DNA from: a virus
IMG/VR virus record: IMGVR_UViG_3300023174_006980
Coordinates: 12,720 to 76,719 of that record
Length of the DNA: 64,000 bases
Direction: 5' to 3' (one strand)
In this document: positions 55,870-64,000 of the stretch, one piece after another
How the letters are laid out: each line of letters begins with the position of its first letter
Numbering within the stretch: position 1 is the stretch's first letter
Translations under genes and position numbers: made by a program
The notes under the pieces: model-generated
Seen by the model: only the letters and a program-made list of their open reading frames with translations
What the model was told of the DNA's origin: nothing
The model's database searches: none

Positions 55870-56448
55870 ATGAGAGTAGAAACACTTATAGTAGATCAAT
55901 TTTATGATGATGCTGATGAGGTAAGGGAATTTGCATTAGCTCAGGAATTCACGACAAGGGGGAACTTTCCAGGACAAAGAACAGTTTCATTTTTAAACGA
56001 AGGTACCAAAAGCACAATCCAAAATATTATAAGGCCATTTGCAGGCGATGTCACATGGTGGGGAGGAGATTATACAGGATCTTATCAATACACAGTTGCT
56101 TCTGATAGATCGTGGATTCATTCGGATTACACAACAAACTGGGCAGGAATGGTATATCTCACCCCAGATGCACCACTTTCTTCAGGTACCGGATTATTCA
56201 GGCTAAAAGAAAACGGCCTAAGAAACTGGAAAAACTACGAGCACACCGACGAGGAAAATGCAAATGCACTTCACAATAGATACGCACAAGATTATACAAA
56301 ATGGGAATTAGTCGATAGAATAGGAAATATCTACAATAGGCTAATTCTATATAGGGGAGACATTTTTCATGTCTCTATGGATTATTTTGGAAGCGACAAA
56401 TATAATGGTAGATTATTTCAGCTTTTCTTTTTCAATACCCAGTTTTAA
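55870..56448 (+). CDS. 2OG-Fe(II) oxygenase (DUF6445-like)
   Basis: WIHSD (HxD), GMVYLTP, GTGLF, YNRLILY...FH, RLFQLFF. Confidence 0.8.
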   Translation: MRVETLIVDQFYDDADEVREFALAQEFTTRGNFPGQRTVSFLNEGTKSTIQNIIRPFAGDVTWWGGDYTGSYQYTVASDRSWIHSDYTTNWAGMVYLTPDAPLSSGTGLFRLKENGLRNWKNYEHTDEENANALHNRYAQDYTKWELVDRIGNIYNRLILYRGDIFHVSMDYFGSDKYNGRLFQLFFFNTQF

Positions 56449-56451
56449 TCG

Positions 56452-57699
56452 ATGATTATAGTTAAAAAGCCTAGCGCTATTATTTACGGATGGGATAGGA
56501 ATGATATCAGTGTTCTAAAATCTGATGTTTATTTCGAGGAGAATCTATTTGATGATGTTATTATTTATCCCATAGAATATAATGGAGACGTTGAATCAGA
56601 TTATTCAATATTTCAGACAGATCTTATAATCTCAATTGGTGTAGACGTGGATATAAAAAATCCACTTTTATCAGGTAAGTTCATTAGATATAGTGAGACC
56701 CCGTCTGACAGTATTCTGGCAAATGATATTGTTTGTCAATCTGTATTTAGAACGTGTAAAAATACCACACCAAGATTTTCCATATTCACACCAGCTTATA
56801 AAACTGGTGATCGTATATTCAGAACTTATGAGGGATTAAAGAACCAAACATTTTTAGATTGGGAATGGGTTGTTATGGACGATTCACCCGACGAAGAGAC
56901 ATGGAATATACTACAAGAATTAGAGAGGAAAGATTTCAGGGTTAAGCCTCATAGAATACTTCCTATTACCGGTGGTAATGTTGGCCTTGCTAAACACAGG
57001 GCAGCAATTTTATGTAACGGAGATTGGTTAGTTGAATTAGATCATGATGATTATTTACTTCCCACATGCTTGGAAGAGTGTAACAATGCAGCACTTAAAT
57101 ATCCGGATGGGGGATTTATTTACACTGATTGTTGTGAGCTATATGAGAATGGAAATTTCAGAAGTTATAGTGGTGATTGGAGTGGAGATTGGCTAAAGAA
57201 TGGAACTGGATTTGCATTTGGTTATGCTGGGCATTCTTTAACCCATATAGATGGCAAGGAATATCTATGGCATCATTATCCTTCAATAAATCCATTGACT
57301 ATTAGATTCAATATAAGTATGCCTAATCATACTAGAATATGGAGGAAGGACATTTATCATAAAATAAATGGTCACAATAAAAGACTTCCTGTTGCCGATG
57401 ATTTAGAACTTATAATAAGAACTTTTCTGAACACAAGAATGATACACGTCAAGAAGCTTCTTTATCTACAATATAATAATGGAAATAGCACTGTTGATAA
57501 TAACTCCGTAGACATTAATAGAAGAGCAAGGTTAATAAGGGACTATTACGATCTTAAAATACATGAAAGAATAACCGATTTGGGATATCATGATTGGAAT
57601 TGGATGGATGAGCACGGGCATTCATTTAAAACACTAAGAAGTTATGCCATGCCTAGATTTGGAGATAATGAACAAATAATTAATTATATTTATGAATAA
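56452..57699 (+). CDS. Glycosyltransferase family 2
   Basis: FSIFTPAY, WEWVVMDDS, LVELDHDD, DDLEL. Confidence 0.85.
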   Translation: MIIVKKPSAIIYGWDRNDISVLKSDVYFEENLFDDVIIYPIEYNGDVESDYSIFQTDLIISIGVDVDIKNPLLSGKFIRYSETPSDSILANDIVCQSVFRTCKNTTPRFSIFTPAYKTGDRIFRTYEGLKNQTFLDWEWVVMDDSPDEETWNILQELERKDFRVKPHRILPITGGNVGLAKHRAAILCNGDWLVELDHDDYLLPTCLEECNNAALKYPDGGFIYTDCCELYENGNFRSYSGDWSGDWLKNGTGFAFGYAGHSLTHIDGKEYLWHHYPSINPLTIRFNISMPNHTRIWRKDIYHKINGHNKRLPVADDLELIIRTFLNTRMIHVKKLLYLQYNNGNSTVDNNSVDINRRARLIRDYYDLKIHERITDLGYHDWNWMDEHGHSFKTLRSYAMPRFGDNEQIINYIYE

Positions 57700-58813
57700 G
57701 AAAGCAAAAATATGTTTAAATGCGATGGTTGCTAATGAGTCTAGAACCATTATAAGAATGCTCAATTCCTGCTATAGGTACATCGATTATTGGGTTATAC
57801 AGGATAATGGATCCACTGATGGAACACAGGATTTAATAATTGAATTCTTTAAGGAGAAAAATATTCCTGGGTTTTTGTATGAGATAGAGTGGCATTTCCC
57901 AGGATGGAATAGGGATCATACTCTAAGAACATGCTTAGCGTCTGATCATCAATGTGATTGGATTTTAAGAATGGATGCGGATGAACAACTTCATGTTGAT
58001 GAGAATTTTGATTGGACAATTCTTGATGATCTTAATATGCCAAGTTTTAATGTAACAGCAGAAGCAGGATCAACAAAATATTTTAGAACATGGCTATGGA
58101 ACTCTAAACTTCCTTGGTTTTTTCAGCACGATAAAAGACATGAGACAATACATCTCCCTGAGATAGGAGAATCATTTCAGAGGATTAACCTTCCTTATGG
58201 GTTTAGACATATTATCACTAATGATGGACAAACATGGTATGCTCCTCGTAAATTTCTTAGAGATGCTTTAGAACTAGAAATAGATAAAGTTGTTGGCAAT
58301 ACTGTCCTGGAGGATTATTATCACTTATGGTATCTTGCAAAAAGTTATAATGATTGTTATGAAAATATGAATGAATTTGCTTTTGGAAAAAAACATGCTG
58401 ATGAATATGCTAGGAGATGTATATTTTATTTTGAAAGATATTTAAACCAAGTTCATGAATGGGACGAAACAAAAGCACCTAAAAGATTTGATGAATTTGG
58501 ATATTATGCGCTTATATTTATAGGAAGGTGTCATCTTTTTATAGGTAATGTAGAGCTTGGCAAAAATTATATTTATCTTGCTGGTGATTTTGCACCCAAC
58601 AGAAATGAGCATTTAATGTATCTAAGTTTTTATCTTAATGAAAAAAATCAATATCATGAATTAATTTCAGTTGCAGAGAAAATGCTTAAACCCGATAGAG
58701 TAAATCCTTTTCCTAATGATTCTGTTTTCCTAATAGATGATAGAGCCTATTATAATACTAGCTCGTATCCTAATGATATACTCAATAAAGCTAAAAGTAT
58801 GCTTGGAATTTGA
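57692..58813 (+). CDS. Glycosyltransferase family 2 with C-terminal TPR-like region
   Basis: ICLNAMVANE, VIQDNGSTDGT, LRMDADE, RHE; helical YLAKSY...AP.RNE tail. Confidence 0.8.
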   Translation: MNKKAKICLNAMVANESRTIIRMLNSCYRYIDYWVIQDNGSTDGTQDLIIEFFKEKNIPGFLYEIEWHFPGWNRDHTLRTCLASDHQCDWILRMDADEQLHVDENFDWTILDDLNMPSFNVTAEAGSTKYFRTWLWNSKLPWFFQHDKRHETIHLPEIGESFQRINLPYGFRHIITNDGQTWYAPRKFLRDALELEIDKVVGNTVLEDYYHLWYLAKSYNDCYENMNEFAFGKKHADEYARRCIFYFERYLNQVHEWDETKAPKRFDEFGYYALIFIGRCHLFIGNVELGKNYIYLAGDFAPNRNEHLMYLSFYLNEKNQYHELISVAEKMLKPDRVNPFPNDSVFLIDDRAYYNTSSYPNDILNKAKSMLGI

Positions 58814-58843
58814 AATAATTGAAAATCAATAGCTATAAAAATC

Positions 58844-61780
58844 ATGAAAAAGAAAATAATATACATTGCTCCACATCTATCTACAGGAGGATTGCCCCAA
58901 TATCTTTGTAAAAAAATAGAGCTTTTAAAAGACAATTACGAAATCTATTTGGTAGAATATGATGACGTGACTGGCGGGGTACTAGTCGTTCAAAGAAATA
59001 AAATTAGCAAACTAATCAAGCAATCTAATTTCTATACGCTTGGACCAAATAAAGAAGCTGTCGTTGATATAATAAATTCAATAGATCCTGATATTATTCA
59101 TTTGGAAGAAATGCCTGAATATTTCATGGATCATGATATTGCAGAAAAAATATACACAAAGGATAGAAGATATAAAATATTTGAAACATCACACGATTCT
59201 AGTTTCAATTGCAGCAACAAAAGATTTTTTCCTGACAAGTTTTTAGTTGTTAGTAATTATCAGGTTAGCATGCTAAAATCTTTGGGTGTTCCTTGTGTGG
59301 TTGTAGAATATCCGATAGAATATAAGGATAGACCAGAAAGAGAGAAAGCTCTAGCAGAGCTTGGCCTAGATCCCTCATATAAACATGTTATTAATGTTGG
59401 ATTATTTACTCCAAGAAAAAATCAAGCTGAAATATTTGAATATGCTAAAAAGATGACTGACTATAAAATAAAATTTCATTTTATAGGAAATCAAGCTGAC
59501 AATTTTAAATATTACTGGGAACCTTTATTAAAAGATATACCATCTAATTGTGTTGTCTGGGGTGAGAGAAGTGATACACATAAATTCTATGAGGCTGCAG
59601 ATCTTTTTCTTTTCACATCAAGAGGATTCTCTTCTGACAAAGAGACATCTCCCCTTGTTATAAAAGAGGCTATAGGATATAGGATTCCTTCTCTTATTTA
59701 TAATTTAGATGTTTATCAAAACATGTACAAGAAATATGATAACATCCAATATCTTTCAGAAAATTCAAATAACATTAAAGCAATACTTGACATCCTTGGT
59801 ATAGAGGATAAGAGCTATATAGATTATGAACCCATTGTATCTCCTGTGATCGATGAATCTAAAATACCATTTATGATAGATTTTGACGGTGAAGAGAATA
59901 AGATATCCTTTGTTTATAAAGATAAAATAAACAGCGACGTTTATGCTTCTGTTAAAGATATAGATTCTAGAGCTTGCATTTATAGTCTTACTCTTCCCCC
60001 TGCAGATCCAGGATTTACTTGGTGGTGCATTCCTTTACCTAAGCATGTTATAGATTTTAAGAACAATCCAACATTTGGTGGATTTAGAATTGAGTTTAGA
60101 GATAAATCTCAAGTCCTGTTGGGATTTAACGAAATAAGAATAAAAAATATATCAGTTGATAAACCGGTTATGGATATCACAAATACCGAACCGATATTTA
60201 TGAATTATGAGGAATTCTTTACTGACAGAGTTTATGATGTTTTAAAAATTAAAAATCCAAAAACTGTATTGGATATAGGTGCAAGTTTAGGCCTTTGGAC
60301 GAAATATGCTTTACATCAGGGCGCAGAAAAAATCTATTGCTTTGAGCCAAATAAAACAGCTATAGATCATTTAAGAAAAACATTAGAGAATGACCCAAAT
60401 ACTTTTATAGTGGAAAAAGCAGTATATAAAGAAAGGGCTGAGCTTGAATTTTACGTTGATGAATCTAATAGCATAACATCTTCTTTGTATTCTATAGACG
60501 GACACAAACCTTCTTATAAAGTTAGCGCAATAACTTTAGAAGATGCTATAAATATGACCGGAGAAAAAACAATCGATCTTGTAAAGATTGATATAGAGGG
60601 TGCAGAATTTGATATAGTAAAGAACACACCCGCGGAGGTATTTAATAGAGTAAATTCTTTCATAATAGAGTACCATGATTTCCTATTTAAGGAAGGAGCT
60701 GCTAAGCTATTTAGTATGGAGAAGAGATTAAAGGATCTTGGATATAATGTTATCAAGTCAAATATACCCAATACTAGATATTTATTTGTAACTAAAAATG
60801 ATATTCAAATTAAAGATACAGAAAAAGAAAATTCTAAAATACCTTTCAGAGTAAATTTTATAGAAAATGAAAATAAGGTAGAACTTACTGTTATAAGAGA
60901 ATGCGATCAAAGTTTTATTGTTTCTTATAAAGATATTGATTCGGGAGCTTGTATTTATCATTCAATTATGCATCCTCCTTTCCATGTTGGTATAACGTAC
61001 TGGGCTATTCCCATTCCTAAGGGATATTTTGATTTTAAAAAAGATCCAACTTTTGGTGGTCTTTCTATTGAATTCTATGACCTCGATGAGAATCTAATAC
61101 ACACTGAATTATTAAGGATCAAAGAGATATCGATAGATAAGCCAAAAATTGATATAACAAACACCGAGTCCATTTGGATTAATTACAATGAATTCTTTGT
61201 TAATAAAATATATGATTCCATAAATATTGGTTCTTGTAAAAGTGTCCTAGATATAGGAGCTAATGTTGGAATTTGGAGTAAATATGTTTTGTATAAAGGT
61301 GCGGAAAGAATTTATTCATTCGAGCCTAATAAAAAAGCATTAAAAGACCTTAGAAAAGCTTTCTCTGATGATAAAAGGGTTAAAGTTTTTGATCAAGCTA
61401 TTTATAAAGAAAACACTGAGATAGAATTCTTTGCTGGAGATAATAGTACAACATCATCATTATATGCTGAAATAAATAATGGAGGGGGTAACACATACAG
61501 TGTTAAAGCCATAACATTAGATGAAGCAATTAATATAACAGGTGAGCAATCAATAGATCTTGTTAAAATAGATATAGAGGGTGCAGAATTTGAAGTTATG
61601 AAAACATTATCTAAGGAATCATTTAGTAAAGTTAAATCTTTTATTATAGAAACGCATGATTATCTTTTCAAAGATGGAAGATACACATCTTACGATATCG
61701 AAAATATTTTAAATAATGAAGGATACTCTTGTAGTAGACCAGAAATAAATGGATGTAGATTTATTTTTGCAACTAGATAA
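58844..61780 (+). CDS. GT4-like glycosyltransferase fused to two FkbM-family methyltransferase modules
   Basis: PHLSTGGLPQY, VGLFTPRKNQ, DLFLFTSR...PLVIKEA; twice LDIGAxxG...FEPN...VKIDIEGAEF. Confidence 0.85.
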   Translation: MKKKIIYIAPHLSTGGLPQYLCKKIELLKDNYEIYLVEYDDVTGGVLVVQRNKISKLIKQSNFYTLGPNKEAVVDIINSIDPDIIHLEEMPEYFMDHDIAEKIYTKDRRYKIFETSHDSSFNCSNKRFFPDKFLVVSNYQVSMLKSLGVPCVVVEYPIEYKDRPEREKALAELGLDPSYKHVINVGLFTPRKNQAEIFEYAKKMTDYKIKFHFIGNQADNFKYYWEPLLKDIPSNCVVWGERSDTHKFYEAADLFLFTSRGFSSDKETSPLVIKEAIGYRIPSLIYNLDVYQNMYKKYDNIQYLSENSNNIKAILDILGIEDKSYIDYEPIVSPVIDESKIPFMIDFDGEENKISFVYKDKINSDVYASVKDIDSRACIYSLTLPPADPGFTWWCIPLPKHVIDFKNNPTFGGFRIEFRDKSQVLLGFNEIRIKNISVDKPVMDITNTEPIFMNYEEFFTDRVYDVLKIKNPKTVLDIGASLGLWTKYALHQGAEKIYCFEPNKTAIDHLRKTLENDPNTFIVEKAVYKERAELEFYVDESNSITSSLYSIDGHKPSYKVSAITLEDAINMTGEKTIDLVKIDIEGAEFDIVKNTPAEVFNRVNSFIIEYHDFLFKEGAAKLFSMEKRLKDLGYNVIKSNIPNTRYLFVTKNDIQIKDTEKENSKIPFRVNFIENENKVELTVIRECDQSFIVSYKDIDSGACIYHSIMHPPFHVGITYWAIPIPKGYFDFKKDPTFGGLSIEFYDLDENLIHTELLRIKEISIDKPKIDITNTESIWINYNEFFVNKIYDSINIGSCKSVLDIGANVGIWSKYVLYKGAERIYSFEPNKKALKDLRKAFSDDKRVKVFDQAIYKENTEIEFFAGDNSTTSSLYAEINNGGGNTYSVKAITLDEAINITGEQSIDLVKIDIEGAEFEVMKTLSKESFSKVKSFIIETHDYLFKDGRYTSYDIENILNNEGYSCSRPEINGCRFIFATR

Positions 61781-61789
61781 AAATCTAAA

Positions 61790-62599
61790 ATGAATATAGT
61801 AATCTATACTGATATAAATTACGAATATCAGGTAAAAAATTTTATGATCTCGCTTGATTACGCGGGAATAAAGGAGTACAAAATATTATATTACACAATA
61901 GAATTTGAATCTTCAATAAATGATTCTAGAGTAATATTAGTTCCATGGAATAAAAGGAATGATGTAAATAGATTTGAGTATTACAAACCTGCAATTTGCA
62001 TAGACTCTTTAAAATATTTTGGAAATGAAGATATTTTATTTTTTGATAGTGATGTAATGCTTTCTAAAAAGATTGGAAGAATGAATCTTTATAAAGGCAT
62101 AACACATCCTATTTTTTGTATGGGCCCTTTAGAATATCCATATACAACATGGACAGATCATAATGGACAAATAGCTTTTAATGAGATTAAATTAATGAAT
62201 TATCTTGGTGTTACTAAAAGAAGTATGGGCTACATAATGTCATGTTTTTTTCATTATAATCATAATTGTTTAGATTTTTTAGAGGAATGGGATTCTTTCT
62301 GTAATAATAAATATCTATTAAAAGATAAACAATCTATATTTCCCTTTAGCGATGAAACAATCGCAAATGTTTTGCTTTGGAAAAAGGGATTCACACAAAA
62401 TTACGGAAGAGGATTTATTAACACACATAAGTTTACTACATTCAAAACATGTGAGGAGAGTGATAGTATTCTCAATCAAAGAATTGATGGCAATATGTAT
62501 GAGCAGTGCGATGATTCTAGCAAGATATATTTTTATCATGGTATGAAGACACAAGAAGAGAATGAAAAAATTATAAATTATATAAAATCTGTAATATGA
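61790..62599 (+). CDS. Putative GT-A fold glycosyltransferase
   Basis: YYKP, FFDSD (DxD), DETIANVLLWK, FYHG. Confidence 0.6.
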   Translation: MNIVIYTDINYEYQVKNFMISLDYAGIKEYKILYYTIEFESSINDSRVILVPWNKRNDVNRFEYYKPAICIDSLKYFGNEDILFFDSDVMLSKKIGRMNLYKGITHPIFCMGPLEYPYTTWTDHNGQIAFNEIKLMNYLGVTKRSMGYIMSCFFHYNHNCLDFLEEWDSFCNNKYLLKDKQSIFPFSDETIANVLLWKKGFTQNYGRGFINTHKFTTFKTCEESDSILNQRIDGNMYEQCDDSSKIYFYHGMKTQEENEKIINYIKSVI

Positions 62600-64000
62600 A
62601 AATAGTTAATATAAATCCTGGATTACTTCCAATACCTCCTAATGGATGGGGAGCAATAGAAAAAATAATTTGGGAGATACATCAGAATCTGCTTTTATTA
62701 GGTCATGATTCTAAAATACTTTACACTGATCAAGTAAATAAAGGTGACTTTGATATAGTTCATGTTCATGTGGCAAATCTTGCTAATATGTTACATGCTA
62801 AAGGTATACCTTACATATTTTCATTCCATGACCATCATGCATTTTTATATGGTAAGAATTCTCCTCTTTTTCTAGAGAATATGGAAGCCATAAGAAATTC
62901 GATGCTCACACTGGTACCTGCAAAATTTCTTGTAGATTATTTTGACAGTCCTAAGGTCATTTATTTTAGCCATGGTGTTAATACCCAAATTTTTAAAAGA
63001 CCCATCATTAATACAACTATTGAGCAGAAGCATAAATTATTATGTGTTGCTAATAATGGGTGGGCAGGAGATCCCTCTGCAGACAGAAAGGGATTTAGTT
63101 TTGCTATACAAGCAGCTAGAGAATTAGGATTACCCCTAACTATAGCTGGCCCTAAAAACAATAAAAACTATTTTGATGCTGTTCCACCCGATTATGATAA
63201 TCTGAATATAATTTATGATCTTAACGAGGAACAACTAATAAATCTTTATAAGGAACATACAATTTTTCTTCATCCCTCAATATTAGAAGCAGGACATCCT
63301 AATCTAACACTTTTAGAGGCAATGTCTTGTGGATTACCTGTAGTTGGAACCTATGAGAACAATAATAACTTAGAGGGAATGGTTAAAGTGGAAAGAGATG
63401 TTTCCTCCATAAAAAAAGGAATTCTTGAGGTTATTAATAATTTTTATGAGTATAGAAGATTAACTTTTGTAACTTCTGATAATCTTTCTTGGAAAAATCG
63501 GACACTTAGTTTAGTTAGTATCTATAACCAATACATCAATAAAGACATGAAAGACATTTTAATAGACGAGTATGAAAAAACCCAAATAAATTATAAAGAG
63601 CCGATTAAGCCTTTAAATTCAGTAAATATAAGTTTCATAGGTAATCCTAAGGTAGAAATTTTAGGATCTGCTAAAATTAATTACAAAGTAAATTTTATAG
63701 ACAATAAAAATGACACTCTTTATCATTCTGCAGATATAGGAAATAACATGTGGACTAGCTGCTCTATAAAATATTGTAAGGAGTGGAGGATAGAAGTTAT
63801 TCCGCAGAATGCTCCTAATGAGAAATTGGTTCATATATTTAATCCCACAAGAAAAAGAGTTTATATAGCTTTTGAATCATCATCACTTGGAGATAGCCTA
63901 GCTTGGATACCGGTAGTTGAAGAATTTAGAAAAAAATGGGATTGCGAGGTTACATGTTCAACTTTCAAAAATGATCTATTTAAAAACGTATACCCACAAA
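62596..64000 (+). CDS. GT4-like glycosyltransferase fused to TibC/Aah-like O-heptosyltransferase (GT9-like) domain; 3'-partial, not in ORF track
   Basis: ATG 62596 (ATGA overlap): MKIVNINPGLLPIPPNGWGAIEKIIWE...DRKGF...FLHPSILEAGHPNLTLLEAMSCGLPV...RVYIAFESSSLGDSLAWIPVVEEFRKKWDCEVTCSTF; open to the window end. Confidence 0.75.
   Translation, partial: MKIVNINPGLLPIPPNGWGAIEKIIWEIHQNLLLLGHDSKILYTDQVNKGDFDIVHVHVANLANMLHAKGIPYIFSFHDHHAFLYGKNSPLFLENMEAIRNSMLTLVPAKFLVDYFDSPKVIYFSHGVNTQIFKRPIINTTIEQKHKLLCVANNGWAGDPSADRKGFSFAIQAARELGLPLTIAGPKNNKNYFDAVPPDYDNLNIIYDLNEEQLINLYKEHTIFLHPSILEAGHPNLTLLEAMSCGLPVVGTYENNNNLEGMVKVERDVSSIKKGILEVINNFYEYRRLTFVTSDNLSWKNRTLSLVSIYNQYINKDMKDILIDEYEKTQINYKEPIKPLNSVNISFIGNPKVEILGSAKINYKVNFIDNKNDTLYHSADIGNNMWTSCSIKYCKEWRIEVIPQNAPNEKLVHIFNPTRKRVYIAFESSSLGDSLAWIPVVEEFRKKWDCEVTCSTFKNDLFKNVYPQ

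Noticed and set aside
1494-63161. Many 60-115 aa ORFs nested in or antisense to long genes (e.g. 1494, 6756, 16033, 27557, 35792, 46179, 62942, 62961)
   Set aside because: Fully overlap well-supported CDSs and show no recognisable motifs.
1-64000. Stop-codon recoding
   Set aside because: Code 11 gives dense, full-length genes; TAG and TGA both end genes at sensible boundaries (e.g. 37899 TAG, 62599 TGA).
1-64000. Eukaryotic giant virus or bacterial chromosome origin (collagen, GTs, MBD4-like)
   Set aside because: gp13/gp25/gp6/gp32/gp61/UvsW/UvsY order, operonic overlaps and intrinsic terminators indicate a T4-like phage.
1-64000. tRNA, rRNA or structured ncRNA genes
   Set aside because: Intergenic gaps are at most about 150 nt and AT-rich; no cloverleaf or T-loop pattern seen by eye (tRNAscan-SE/Infernal not run).

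Overview
A 64-kb segment of a large, AT-rich (roughly 30% GC by eye) tailed dsDNA phage with a distant T4-like (myovirus) gene set. It uses the standard genetic code and is almost entirely + strand. A Bacteroidota host is inferred from Hc1-like and DUF4494-like genes and from A-rich, SD-less start contexts. Layout: (1) 1-33 kb, neck/baseplate/tail block (gp13 end, free-standing endonuclease, gp25- and gp6-like, several 700-2500 aa virion proteins, a collar-bearing fibre, a Hint-domain protein, gp3-like) interrupted by phoH; (2) 33-38 kb, replication/recombination (RuvC-like, gp32, primase, UvsY, UvsW); (3) 38-44.3 kb, small late proteins sharing an N-terminal [LIV]-x-E leader, plus a ligase-like/HIGH nucleotidyltransferase fusion; (4) 44.5-48 kb, Hsp20, MBD4-like glycosylase, GT8, only the N-terminal half of a family B DNA polymerase, and a dimeric dUTPase/dCTPase; (5) 48-64 kb, two Gly-Thr/Ser-Ser collagen-like proteins and three tandem paralogous fibre-like proteins, followed directly by a 2OG-Fe(II) oxygenase and at least five glycosyltransferase genes (with FkbM methyltransferase and TibC/Aah-like O-heptosyltransferase domains). 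The best candidate for an undescribed system is block 5, read as phage-encoded O-glycosylation of its own Ser/Thr-rich virion fibres. Other highlights are the orphan half-polymerase, the shared head-targeting leader, and three distinct promoter classes (GATATATA; GAAAC-N17/18-TATAA; sigma54-like). All family calls come from motif recognition by eye; no database searches were run.
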